Assembly (NCBI GenBank): GCA_020833255.1
Contig: JAJHQR010000001.1
Coordinates: 7,359 to 71,358 of the forward strand
Length of the DNA stretch: 64,000 nt
Reading direction: 5' to 3'
Source: Desulfurococcaceae archaeon
GTDB lineage: Archaea > Thermoproteota > Thermoprotei_A > Sulfolobales > NBVN01
Shown: positions 45,227-52,643 of the stretch, piece by piece
Layout of the letters: each line of letters starts with the position of its first letter
Numbering within the stretch: the stretch's first letter is position 1
Program-made: the position numbers and the translations under genes
Notes under the pieces: model-generated
Database searches by the model: none
Told to the model about the DNA's origin: nothing
What the model saw: only the letters and a program-made list of their open reading frames with translations

Positions 45227-45235
45227 TTTTAAAAA
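45227..45235 (-). promoter_or_regulatory. TATA box of the RNase P RNA gene (TTTTTAAAA on the minus strand)
   Basis: Centre lies 27 nt upstream of the first G of P1. Sits inside the last codons of the upstream CDS. Confidence 0.6.
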
Positions 45236-45528
45236 CTTCCCTTCACATCCACTGAAACAATCTTGAAATAACCAAATCTGCGAGGTTCTGTAGGGTCTTC
45301 CGGCTCAACGAATCTCACCAACTTAGTCTCCAGCCCTACTTCCTTAAAGACGTAGACGAGATCCTCAACCCAGTCGTATATACCGCACCACATACAGAAA
45401 CTGCCTGAGAAGCTGACAACGATCGTGTCCCCCTCAACACCGACTAGTTCTGCGATTGCTTCAGGAGCTCTTCGCTCGTTATAGAGCTTAATGCCTTCCC
45501 TAACCAAATGAAGTAACTCGCTACTCAT
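45229..45528 (-). CDS. hypothetical 99-aa protein with CxxC (SFSGSFCMWCG)
   Basis: ORF with coding-like composition. No firm family assignment. Confidence 0.45.
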   Translation of the reverse strand: MSSELLHLVREGIKLYNERRAPEAIAELVGVEGDTIVVSFSGSFCMWCGIYDWVEDLVYVFKEVGLETKLVRFVEPEDPTEPRRFGYFKIVSVDVKGSF

Positions 45529-45583
45529 TGAGACTCCCTGAATAAATTATTTTAAACCAAAAATTAGTGATTAAAAACGAGGC

Positions 45584-46930
45584 CTACTTTTTCTTCATGA
45601 AAGCTAGCGCTAAAGAGATTAATGCCAGGACTAGAGCCACACCGCCTAAAGCTAGTGAGGTCGTGATGTTCGTTGCGGCGCCTTCAAGACTGGAGACACG
45701 CGAATCTAACTTGCTGGCAGTGTCCTCAAGCGTTGTAACGCGGTTGCCTACGTTACTTAACGTTCCTTGAATACTTGTAACAGTGTTTTGTATTGAAGAC
45801 ACGGTATTACTTAAACCGCTAACACTCGAACTCAAGCTGTTAACGCTTGAACTTAAGCTACTAACACTTGACGACAGTTGCTCTAAGTTAGATCTTAGGT
45901 ACTGAATAGCTTCTGTGACATTCATTAAGATCTCCTTACCTTCGAGTAATTCCTTGTAAGCCAGTAACTCACCGTAATATCTTGTGGCCCACAGTACTAG
46001 GTTCCTGAATAGCCTCATACCCTGCATGACGACGCCGTAGTATACGTAGGTTAGTCCGGACTGGTAGCCTCCGTAAGGTGACTCACCGCTAACGATTATC
46101 CTGTTCCCGTTAGGCAGGATCTCCACAGCTAGCAGGGGGAACACTCCAGTATCTCCTGGCGAGTAGAGTTGGTGGATCATGCCCGGAGCTCCCGGCGCGG
46201 AGGGCTGGTACTCGTTTATCTTACCTCCCTCAGTCGTTCTAGCGACTATGTAAACGTTAGGTATCTTAACTTTTATCGGGTTAACCCATGTCCCGTTATC
46301 TAATACCGCGGCGAGAGGGCCTGGGCCGTGGAATAGAGCTACCTCAACACCGTAGCCTAGCTCAGCGACTTCAGGGTCTGGGTCAACGATCCCCACGACT
46401 CTGTAGGTTGCTTTAGCGTTTGAGATCGTGTCATCTACTGCGACGTAATCTATCCTTAGGTGGGAACCTACAGCCTCCGCAACCATGTTGACTACTTGCT
46501 GAGCTATCTCGTTACCTTGCGCCGGGTAATCACTATCCCCAGCTACCCATATAGCTTTGGGCGTGCTACCAAACCATGATACTAAAGCGCTGATTTCCTC
46601 TGGCGTAACTAACCTCAGCGCCTGACCTATTATAACCATGTCAACATCCCTCAGAGTGGTTGAGGTAAACCCGCCGTACCTAATCTCAGCATTATTCTTA
46701 ACGTAGTCTGGGAGGGTCGCTAAGTCTGCCTCACTAGATAGCAAAACCACCCAGTTAGCTTCAGGAACCATCTTCATCATCTCAACCACCCCGCCGACCG
46801 TCTGCCCGTGAGATAAGTCTATCAATATACCTATCCCGACCTTAGCGGCCTTAAGCGGTTGAGGAGTCATCAAACCCGCAACCGACATAAAGAGCAAGAC
46901 TACTAAAGCTACGGTAGCTAATCTACGCAT
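45584..46930 (-). CDS. secreted surface protein: globular N-domain, Ser/Thr-rich heptad coiled-coil stalk, C-terminal TM anchor
   Basis: Signal peptide MRRLATVALVVLLFMSVAG. At least 10 consecutive heptads (SSSVSSL SSSVNSL SSSVSGL SNTVSSI QNTVTSI QGTLSNV GNRVTTL EDTASKL DSRVSSL). TM helix plus KKK at the C-terminus. Confidence 0.7.
   Translation of the reverse strand: MRRLATVALVVLLFMSVAGLMTPQPLKAAKVGIGILIDLSHGQTVGGVVEMMKMVPEANWVVLLSSEADLATLPDYVKNNAEIRYGGFTSTTLRDVDMVIIGQALRLVTPEEISALVSWFGSTPKAIWVAGDSDYPAQGNEIAQQVVNMVAEAVGSHLRIDYVAVDDTISNAKATYRVVGIVDPDPEVAELGYGVEVALFHGPGPLAAVLDNGTWVNPIKVKIPNVYIVARTTEGGKINEYQPSAPGAPGMIHQLYSPGDTGVFPLLAVEILPNGNRIIVSGESPYGGYQSGLTYVYYGVVMQGMRLFRNLVLWATRYYGELLAYKELLEGKEILMNVTEAIQYLRSNLEQLSSSVSSLSSSVNSLSSSVSGLSNTVSSIQNTVTSIQGTLSNVGNRVTTLEDTASKLDSRVSSLEGAATNITTSLALGGVALVLALISLALAFMKKK
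45656..45930 (-). repeat. 21-nt periodic coding repeat (heptad stalk)
   Basis: Visible tandem units such as ctgttaacgcttgaacttaag / ctactaacacttgacgacag on the + strand. Confidence 0.7.
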
Positions 46931-47062
46931 GTAGACACCTCAATAACATCTACTACGGCAAGGTTAATAAATTAAAAACATGAAGTAATCCGTAGCGTTG
47001 CATCAGCGGATTGAAGAATAGTTTATTTTGTTAGAAGGAGCTAGTTTTAATTGGGGGTAAGT

Positions 47063-48622
47063 ATGAAGTATTGTAAGGCTCTCTCCAAATTAGGTGTCGC
47101 GGTCATTGCCTTCATAGTCTTGGTAGCGGTCGCCGCTTTACTGCTTACGTTACCTAGTCTGCAAGGACCCGCAACTACGACGCCCACTACTACCCCTACG
47201 ACCACGAGCCCGACAACCACTCCTACAACAACCCCTACGACCACGCCTACCACTACGTCAACCACGACCACAACAACCCCGACGACAACACCTACCACGA
47301 CAACACCTGCTACGGAGGGTATTGTGTTGTATGTGGTTACCAGGCATTCAGGAGATATCCAGGAGGTAGCGAGGAGGGAGTTTCTGAATTCCGAGATTGC
47401 GAGGAGATATAACATTAAGGACGTTGTTTTCGTGTATTTAGAGGCTGGTTGGTGGGTGCCGATTATCCAGCAGAAAAACTACGATGTTGGGTGGGGCGGC
47501 GGCCCCACACTATTTGATACGCTTTATCAAGCAGGGCTCTTAGCGCCCCTAACTTCTCAGGAAGTCTTAGACGCGGTGAGTCAGATACCGGACTACATAG
47601 CTGGTGCTCCGATGAAGAGGTTCGGCCCGGATAACAAGATATATTGGGTTGCGGCCGCGATGTCTTCCTTCGGGTTTACCGTGAACCTAGCTACTCTAGA
47701 GTCTTACGGGTTGCCTCAACCGGCTAAGTGGAGGGATCTAGGTAGTGTAGACTACGCTCGAAAGCTCATCTCCCTAGGTAAGCCGGCGGTAGGTATAGCG
47801 GACCCAACTCAATCAACCAGTAACACGAGGATGTATGAGATAATCCTGCAGGCTTACGGATGGGATGAGGGCTGGAAAGTGCTGACCACTATGGCTGCTA
47901 ACGCCAAAGTCTACCAAGGATCAGGGGATGTGAGGGACGGCGTCATAGTCGGTGATATAGATGTCGGCATCACCATAGATTTCTACGGGTACATAGCTCA
48001 GTCGCAAAACCCTGACTGCAAATACGTGATCCCGGCGGGCGAGACTATAGTCAACGGCGACCCTATAGCGCTCTTAAAGACTTCGCGCAACCCTGAAGCC
48101 GCGCAAGCGTTTATAGCCTGGGTCCTAACCGAGGGTCAGTGGAAGGTCTGGTTCAAGCCCGACATAAACAGACTCCCAGTAAATCCGAGAGCTTTCGAAA
48201 CCCCTGAAGGGAGGGAGAGGCAAGACCTTTACCAAGCCTTCTTAGAGATAAACAGAACTGAGGGCATACCCTTCGACGACAACCTAGCGCTATCCTACGA
48301 GAAAGCAGTCATATACTACTTCAAGGCGGTGCTGGTAGAGCTTAATAGTAATTTAAAGCAGGTCTGGACCACGCTAGTCAGCAAGTATTTGAACGGGCAG
48401 TTAACTCAAGAACAGTTCGGGTATTACGTGGGACTACTAAGCAAGCCGCTAACATACGTTGACCCTAAGACAGGACAGACCGTTACGTTCACTCAAGAAG
48501 ACGCTATAAGAGTGACTAGCATAATAGGGAGTGAGCCTCAGTTAATAGATCTCTACACGCTTGCGTGGAGGCAGGCAGCAACCCAGAGATACAACCAAAT
48601 ACTCAGCGAGCTCGGAGGGTGA
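47063..48622 (+). CDS. ABC substrate-binding protein (iron(III)/small-solute PBP2 class), N-terminal TM anchor plus Thr/Pro linker
   Basis: ATG 47063 (MKYCKALSKLGVAVIAFIVLVAVAALLL), about 48-aa T/P linker, then a periplasmic-binding-protein-like body. No permease or ATPase adjacent. Confidence 0.65.
   Translation: MKYCKALSKLGVAVIAFIVLVAVAALLLTLPSLQGPATTTPTTTPTTTSPTTTPTTTPTTTPTTTSTTTTTTPTTTPTTTTPATEGIVLYVVTRHSGDIQEVARREFLNSEIARRYNIKDVVFVYLEAGWWVPIIQQKNYDVGWGGGPTLFDTLYQAGLLAPLTSQEVLDAVSQIPDYIAGAPMKRFGPDNKIYWVAAAMSSFGFTVNLATLESYGLPQPAKWRDLGSVDYARKLISLGKPAVGIADPTQSTSNTRMYEIILQAYGWDEGWKVLTTMAANAKVYQGSGDVRDGVIVGDIDVGITIDFYGYIAQSQNPDCKYVIPAGETIVNGDPIALLKTSRNPEAAQAFIAWVLTEGQWKVWFKPDINRLPVNPRAFETPEGRERQDLYQAFLEINRTEGIPFDDNLALSYEKAVIYYFKAVLVELNSNLKQVWTTLVSKYLNGQLTQEQFGYYVGLLSKPLTYVDPKTGQTVTFTQEDAIRVTSIIGSEPQLIDLYTLAWRQAATQRYNQILSELGG
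47171..47315 (+). repeat. (TTTP)n-coding low-complexity repeat
   Basis: Encodes ATTTPTTTPTTTSPTTTP... The mirror strand gives the spurious ORF 47047-47415. Confidence 0.85.
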
Positions 48623-48668
48623 GTCGAGAACTACGTGCATAGGACAACCCTTAAGCAAGTTAAAGACG

Positions 48669-48673
48669 TTTTT
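48669..48673 (+). terminator. oligo-T tract downstream of the binding-protein gene
   Basis: T5 within CGTTTTTATT, 47 nt after the stop. Confidence 0.35.
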
Positions 48674-48733
48674 ATTAGGCTAAACTAAAAACCTAGCCGT
48701 TCACGGCGAGGATGACGGGAAAGACTTTTTAAC

Positions 48734-48968
48734 CCACCACTACTGAGCTAGGTCTTGAGATGTTCCCTTTACGGTAGGAAGTTCGTGTATGCGTCATAGC
48801 CCGCAGGGTAGTGAGCTCTGCGGGATGGGGGCGTCTTCGGCGGAGGGAGGGTGGGATGAGCCGCTAGGCGACTAGTGGCGACCGCTCCCGTAGCACGGGG
48901 ACGGCCTCAGAGGAAGCCGTTGAGAAGTAGGTGGTGGAGAACAAACAAATGAACCACCATCTACTGAG
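48734..48968 (+). ncRNA. unclassified structured RNA candidate containing a K-turn/GNRA hairpin
   Basis: Strand-specific K-turn hairpin at 48845-48889. 7-bp hairpin at 48800-48824. A 12-nt segment at 48926-48937 can pair with either of two direct repeats (48734-48747, 48954-48968). GC-rich island in a 359-bp convergent gap. Confidence 0.45.
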
Positions 48969-48981
48969 AAACGGTAGCTCA

Positions 48982-50490
48982 CTAGCTGTGAATCATTTCC
49001 TCAAGTTTAGGTCTCAGATTATCGACTTTGTGCTTCACGTACCTCATGAAGGCTTTTAAGAGTATTCTGGCGGGTAGGTACCTAGCTCCTCTCATGTAGA
49101 ACCTGTTCATTATGTCCTCAGCCCAGTAGAGGGAGTGGTAGAGGGTTTTGAGCATTACGTCTACGTGTTCCCTCCTGACGGCGTTTCTCCTGAACCAATC
49201 CCTATCTTTTAGGGCGCCCATCGGGACGAAGAACATGGGTACTATGAGGCTCCTGTACTGACGTATCCTGTCCAGGAGTTCCGAGGTCTTCACTAGGTCG
49301 TCAGGGGTTTCCTCAGGTATTCCCAGGATTAAAGTCACGGCAGGGACCACCCTGTTCTCGTGAAGTATTTTAAGCGCTTCCTCAACTACCTCAGGCCATT
49401 TCTCGGGCGGGTATGGCGCGGACTTAGCCGGCATGATTTTCTTAGCTAGGTTCGGGCTGCCTGTCTCAAGACCTATCTCAACACCTAGGTAGTCTTGCTT
49501 GTCATGCAGTACCTCGTTCATTATCTTAGACACTAACCTGTAGTTATCCTCAGCGAACTTGACTGCGGCGAAGCTTGTGTGCGCCCAAGCTATGCTCTCA
49601 GGGGTTAATTCCTTAACTAGCTTATGCAGCTTGATTAAGGGTTCTTCCCTAGGCTTAATACCGTCAGCGCCGTAGAGCAGGACGTCCTCGCTGTGAAGTA
49701 TCGTGTTCTTAACTCCGCTACGTACGTTAATCTCTACCTCAGCCCTTATCTTCTCTAAGGGCATGTACCTAAGAGGTCTCAGAGTCACTGAGCAGAATTT
49801 ACAGCCTCTGGGGCAACCGCGCATTATCTCTACTAAGCCGTTCACGCTCGCGCCCTTAATCACAGGTATCTCGCTGACTTGCGGGACCTCGTGAGGTCCT
49901 ACGAAAACGTATTGAGGTAACTCCTCATTATTTAAGGCTTTCTCAACCAACTCACCGATCACTAACTCGGCCTCGCCGTCGACGACTGTGTCAACGCCGA
50001 ACTCACGCATTAGCTCCACCTCCCACAACCATTGCCACGCCGCCGGCCCGCCGACAATTATCTTCACGCCCCTCTCCTTAGCTTTACGTACCGGCTCACT
50101 CCTCATGAACTTTATGAAGGACTTCCTGTTCACCGGCTCCTTACCAGTTATGAACCACCACTCACTGCTCGGGGGTCCGTAAGCGAAGTAGTCATGATGT
50201 CCTATCATGAGGATCTTCATGCTGTTTAAGTGCTTGCTTATGTGGTCGGGGTCTATGATCGCCGCCCTATAACCCAGGTCCTGCAACCTCGCCTCAATCT
50301 TCCTCAACCCGTAAGGGGCTTCAACAGGCCTGCCCAACTCATCGACCCTCATCTTAGGAGCGGCGATCCACATCCACAGAAACTCAGGGATGCCTATGGC
50401 CGGGCCCGTGGTCATGAATCCCAGGAATTCCTTCCCCCTATGATTCGACATCATCGTCCTATCGCTGGTTATGACTATCTCGAAGCTCAC
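48982..50490 (-). CDS. radical SAM protein with N-terminal B12-binding-like domain
   Basis: CxxxCxxC cluster in MRGCPRGCKFCS. N-terminal Rossmann-like region (KILMIGHHDYF...VKIIVGGPAA). Confidence 0.75.
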   Translation of the reverse strand: MSFEIVITSDRTMMSNHRGKEFLGFMTTGPAIGIPEFLWMWIAAPKMRVDELGRPVEAPYGLRKIEARLQDLGYRAAIIDPDHISKHLNSMKILMIGHHDYFAYGPPSSEWWFITGKEPVNRKSFIKFMRSEPVRKAKERGVKIIVGGPAAWQWLWEVELMREFGVDTVVDGEAELVIGELVEKALNNEELPQYVFVGPHEVPQVSEIPVIKGASVNGLVEIMRGCPRGCKFCSVTLRPLRYMPLEKIRAEVEINVRSGVKNTILHSEDVLLYGADGIKPREEPLIKLHKLVKELTPESIAWAHTSFAAVKFAEDNYRLVSKIMNEVLHDKQDYLGVEIGLETGSPNLAKKIMPAKSAPYPPEKWPEVVEEALKILHENRVVPAVTLILGIPEETPDDLVKTSELLDRIRQYRSLIVPMFFVPMGALKDRDWFRRNAVRREHVDVMLKTLYHSLYWAEDIMNRFYMRGARYLPARILLKAFMRYVKHKVDNLRPKLEEMIHS

Positions 50491-50918
50491 GAACCCTCAC
50501 CCACCACGACCGGGTTAATACCGAATTGCTTGATTACCTCCAAGTACTCGCTCCCTAAACCACGTGTGGAATACACCCTGACACTACTGCCTGACTCAAC
50601 AAGCTTCTGCAGCAACGCCTTCAGCGAGTCAGGGCCTTGGCCAGCGTATTTGACGACTATACTCACGTGTATGTTAGATAGGAGCAAGTCCCTCACCTGC
50701 TTAAGGTATAGGGGTGGGGGGAGAGGGCTCATGACGTGTAGCTCGATCTTCTTATACCTACCTCTCAAACCCTCCCTCACGAGCTCGTACACTAAGTAGC
50801 GATTCATGGAATCATCCTGACTACATAAAATAACCACCGCACTCAACACTTTATTAACGCCGGTCACGCCCCCAGATCTTGAAGGGGTAGCTGTGCTGGG
50901 GGGTTGCCCGTAACTCAT
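50487..50918 (-). CDS. hypothetical small protein translationally coupled to the radical SAM gene
   Basis: 4-nt overlap with the downstream gene. The start is ambiguous: ATG 50918 or internal MNRYLVYEL. Confidence 0.45.
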   Translation of the reverse strand: MSYGQPPSTATPSRSGGVTGVNKVLSAVVILCSQDDSMNRYLVYELVREGLRGRYKKIELHVMSPLPPPLYLKQVRDLLLSNIHVSIVVKYAGQGPDSLKALLQKLVESGSSVRVYSTRGLGSEYLEVIKQFGINPVVVGEGS

Positions 50919-51027
50919 TCATCGCGCCTCATTAAATAAATTAAATCATGATAAATAAGTATTTGCTTTCATCGACGAGTAGCTTAGGCAAGCTGACCAC
51001 TAGTTAATATTTATAATCAGCTTAAGC

Positions 51028-51429
51028 GTGGATTTAAACGGTGGTCTTCAAGTGAAGTATATTTATACGGAGAAAGCGCCTAAGCCCGTAGGGCCTTACT
51101 CGCAAGCGGTTTTAGTCGGTAACCTCCTGTTCGTCTCAGGTCAGTTACCCATAAACCCTTCAAGCGGTGAGTTAGTGAGGGGTGACTTTAAGGAAGCCGC
51201 TAAGCAAGCGTTAAATAACGTGATCGAGATAGTTCGTGCGTCGGGAGGTGATGTGAGGAATATAGCTAAGGTTACCGTATACTTGAGAGACATAACCAGG
51301 TTCAGCGAGTTCAACGAGGTCTACAGTGAGTTGATGGGTGGTCATAAACCTGCTAGAGCGGTGATAGCTGTTTCCTCAATACCTAGAGACGCTGACTTAA
51401 TGGTTGAGGCCATAGCTTACCTAGAATAG
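51028..51429 (+). CDS. ridA: RidA/YjgF family reactive-intermediate deaminase
   Basis: KAPKPVGPYSQAV N-terminal motif, about 125-133 aa. GTG start uncertain (51028 or 51052). Confidence 0.8.
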   Translation: MDLNGGLQVKYIYTEKAPKPVGPYSQAVLVGNLLFVSGQLPINPSSGELVRGDFKEAAKQALNNVIEIVRASGGDVRNIAKVTVYLRDITRFSEFNEVYSELMGGHKPARAVIAVSSIPRDADLMVEAIAYLE

Positions 51430-51467
51430 CTCGGGTCGTCCCCGAACGGGGAGTAACGTAGCTGTTT

Positions 51468-52643
51468 TCACTTAATCTTGCTTGATAAGTGATTGCTTAT
51501 CTCCCGGAGCATCGCTCTATACATGTCTACGGCTTTCCTCAACTCAGCAACCTCAACGTACTCGTTAGGTTTATGAGCTAAGGTTTCCTCCCCCGGACCT
51601 AAGCCGAGACCCGCTGCGTTGAACTCGCTCACAACAACTAAATCCGTTGAGAACCTCCAGTAATGTCTTGAAACACCGTCATACATCTTTTTAAGAGTCC
51701 TCATAAGAGGCTTAATCAATCCCTCATCCTCGTTTATCCAGCCGGGGAATAACTCCTTAGTACGTAGGGGGTAATCCCTCCAAGACCTAACCTCCTCCTC
51801 TCTTAAAGAAGGTCTGCACCCGGCGTTCTTCAAGTTCTTGACTTGATTACACACGTCCTCATAAAACCTCAATACGTCCGCCTCACCCCTGCCCGGCAAC
51901 ACCCTGTGATCCGCCGTGACCAAGCACTTATCAGGTATTTGAGGCTGTATCTTGGGCTGGCAATCGATGAGCGTTGCCGTAGCAGACTCACTACCGAGTA
52001 GCTCGTGTGCGGGCAGGTTACCGGACGCCTCAGCAACCTTCAAGATAGCTAGGGCAGCGCCCTCAAGAGCGTTGATGCCCTCGCCAGGCATTGACGCATG
52101 GGCCGAAACCCCTGAAATCTCGAGGTCTACGACAGCCCTACCCCTATGTCCTAGACCGAGCTCGAGTGAAGTGGCTTCACCCGTCACCACCACGTCAGGC
52201 CGTACCCTCAGGGAATCCCTTAAAGCGTGTCTTAACGCAACGCCCTCGATTATCTCTTCGTGAACAGTGTACACTACGTAGAGATCGCTCTCCAAAGTCT
52301 TCAAGTCCTCAAGCGCTTTTATCTGAGACGCGATCGAGCCCTTCATGTCAACAGCCCCCCTCCCGTACACCCTACCGTCGATTAAAGCGCCTGAGAAGGG
52401 GTCGACGACCCACTGCCTTAAATCACCTACGTCCACCGTGTCTAGGTGTCCCTCAACCACTATTATCCCTAGACCGCCGCCCCTCACGGGAGCGATCACG
52501 TTCCCCACACTATCTATGAAGACCTTATCAACCCCTGCGTGACCCAGAAACTCCTTAACAGCGTTTGCTAGGTCCCCCTCACCGCCCGGTAAGCTCTTTA
52601 TCCTCACGAGTTCCTTGAGTAGCTCGACTACGTCCAACCTCAT
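51468..52643 (-). CDS. M20-family metallopeptidase/deacylase (ArgE/DapE/LysK-like)
   Basis: HLDTV, GRGAVDMKG, HEE. ATG 52643 overlaps the cysS stop (ATGA), which favours it over the track start 52667. Confidence 0.75.
   Translation of the reverse strand: MRLDVVELLKELVRIKSLPGGEGDLANAVKEFLGHAGVDKVFIDSVGNVIAPVRGGGLGIIVVEGHLDTVDVGDLRQWVVDPFSGALIDGRVYGRGAVDMKGSIASQIKALEDLKTLESDLYVVYTVHEEIIEGVALRHALRDSLRVRPDVVVTGEATSLELGLGHRGRAVVDLEISGVSAHASMPGEGINALEGAALAILKVAEASGNLPAHELLGSESATATLIDCQPKIQPQIPDKCLVTADHRVLPGRGEADVLRFYEDVCNQVKNLKNAGCRPSLREEEVRSWRDYPLRTKELFPGWINEDEGLIKPLMRTLKKMYDGVSRHYWRFSTDLVVVSEFNAAGLGLGPGEETLAHKPNEYVEVAELRKAVDMYRAMLREISNHLSSKIK

Noticed and set aside
44884-45266. ORFs 44884-45255 and 44970-45266 (+), 123 and 98 aa
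   Set aside because: They are Arg/Pro/Ala-rich translations of the GC-rich RNase P RNA gene on the opposite strand. No start context or coding periodicity.
46987-47012. Shared 9-mer GTAATCCGT at the iorA (38487) and binding-protein (46985) promoters, plus AATCCG-N14-CGGATT repeat
   Set aside because: A rough estimate suggests many chance 9-mer matches among about 5 kb of intergenic DNA on two strands, so this is not significant on its own.
48734-48968. SRP (7S) RNA, 5S rRNA or intron-containing tRNA as the identity of the GC islands at 48.8 kb and 59.6 kb
   Set aside because: There is no helix-8 GGAGCA/GNAR signature, no 5S loop motifs (GAACCCGGAAGUUAAGC-like), and no T-loop (GTTCRAATC) or matching acceptor stems on either strand.
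50230-50799. 189-aa + strand ORF (also 49988-50229 ORFs)
   Set aside because: Antisense to the well-supported radical SAM gene and its partner. Pro/Arg/Leu-rich with no motifs.
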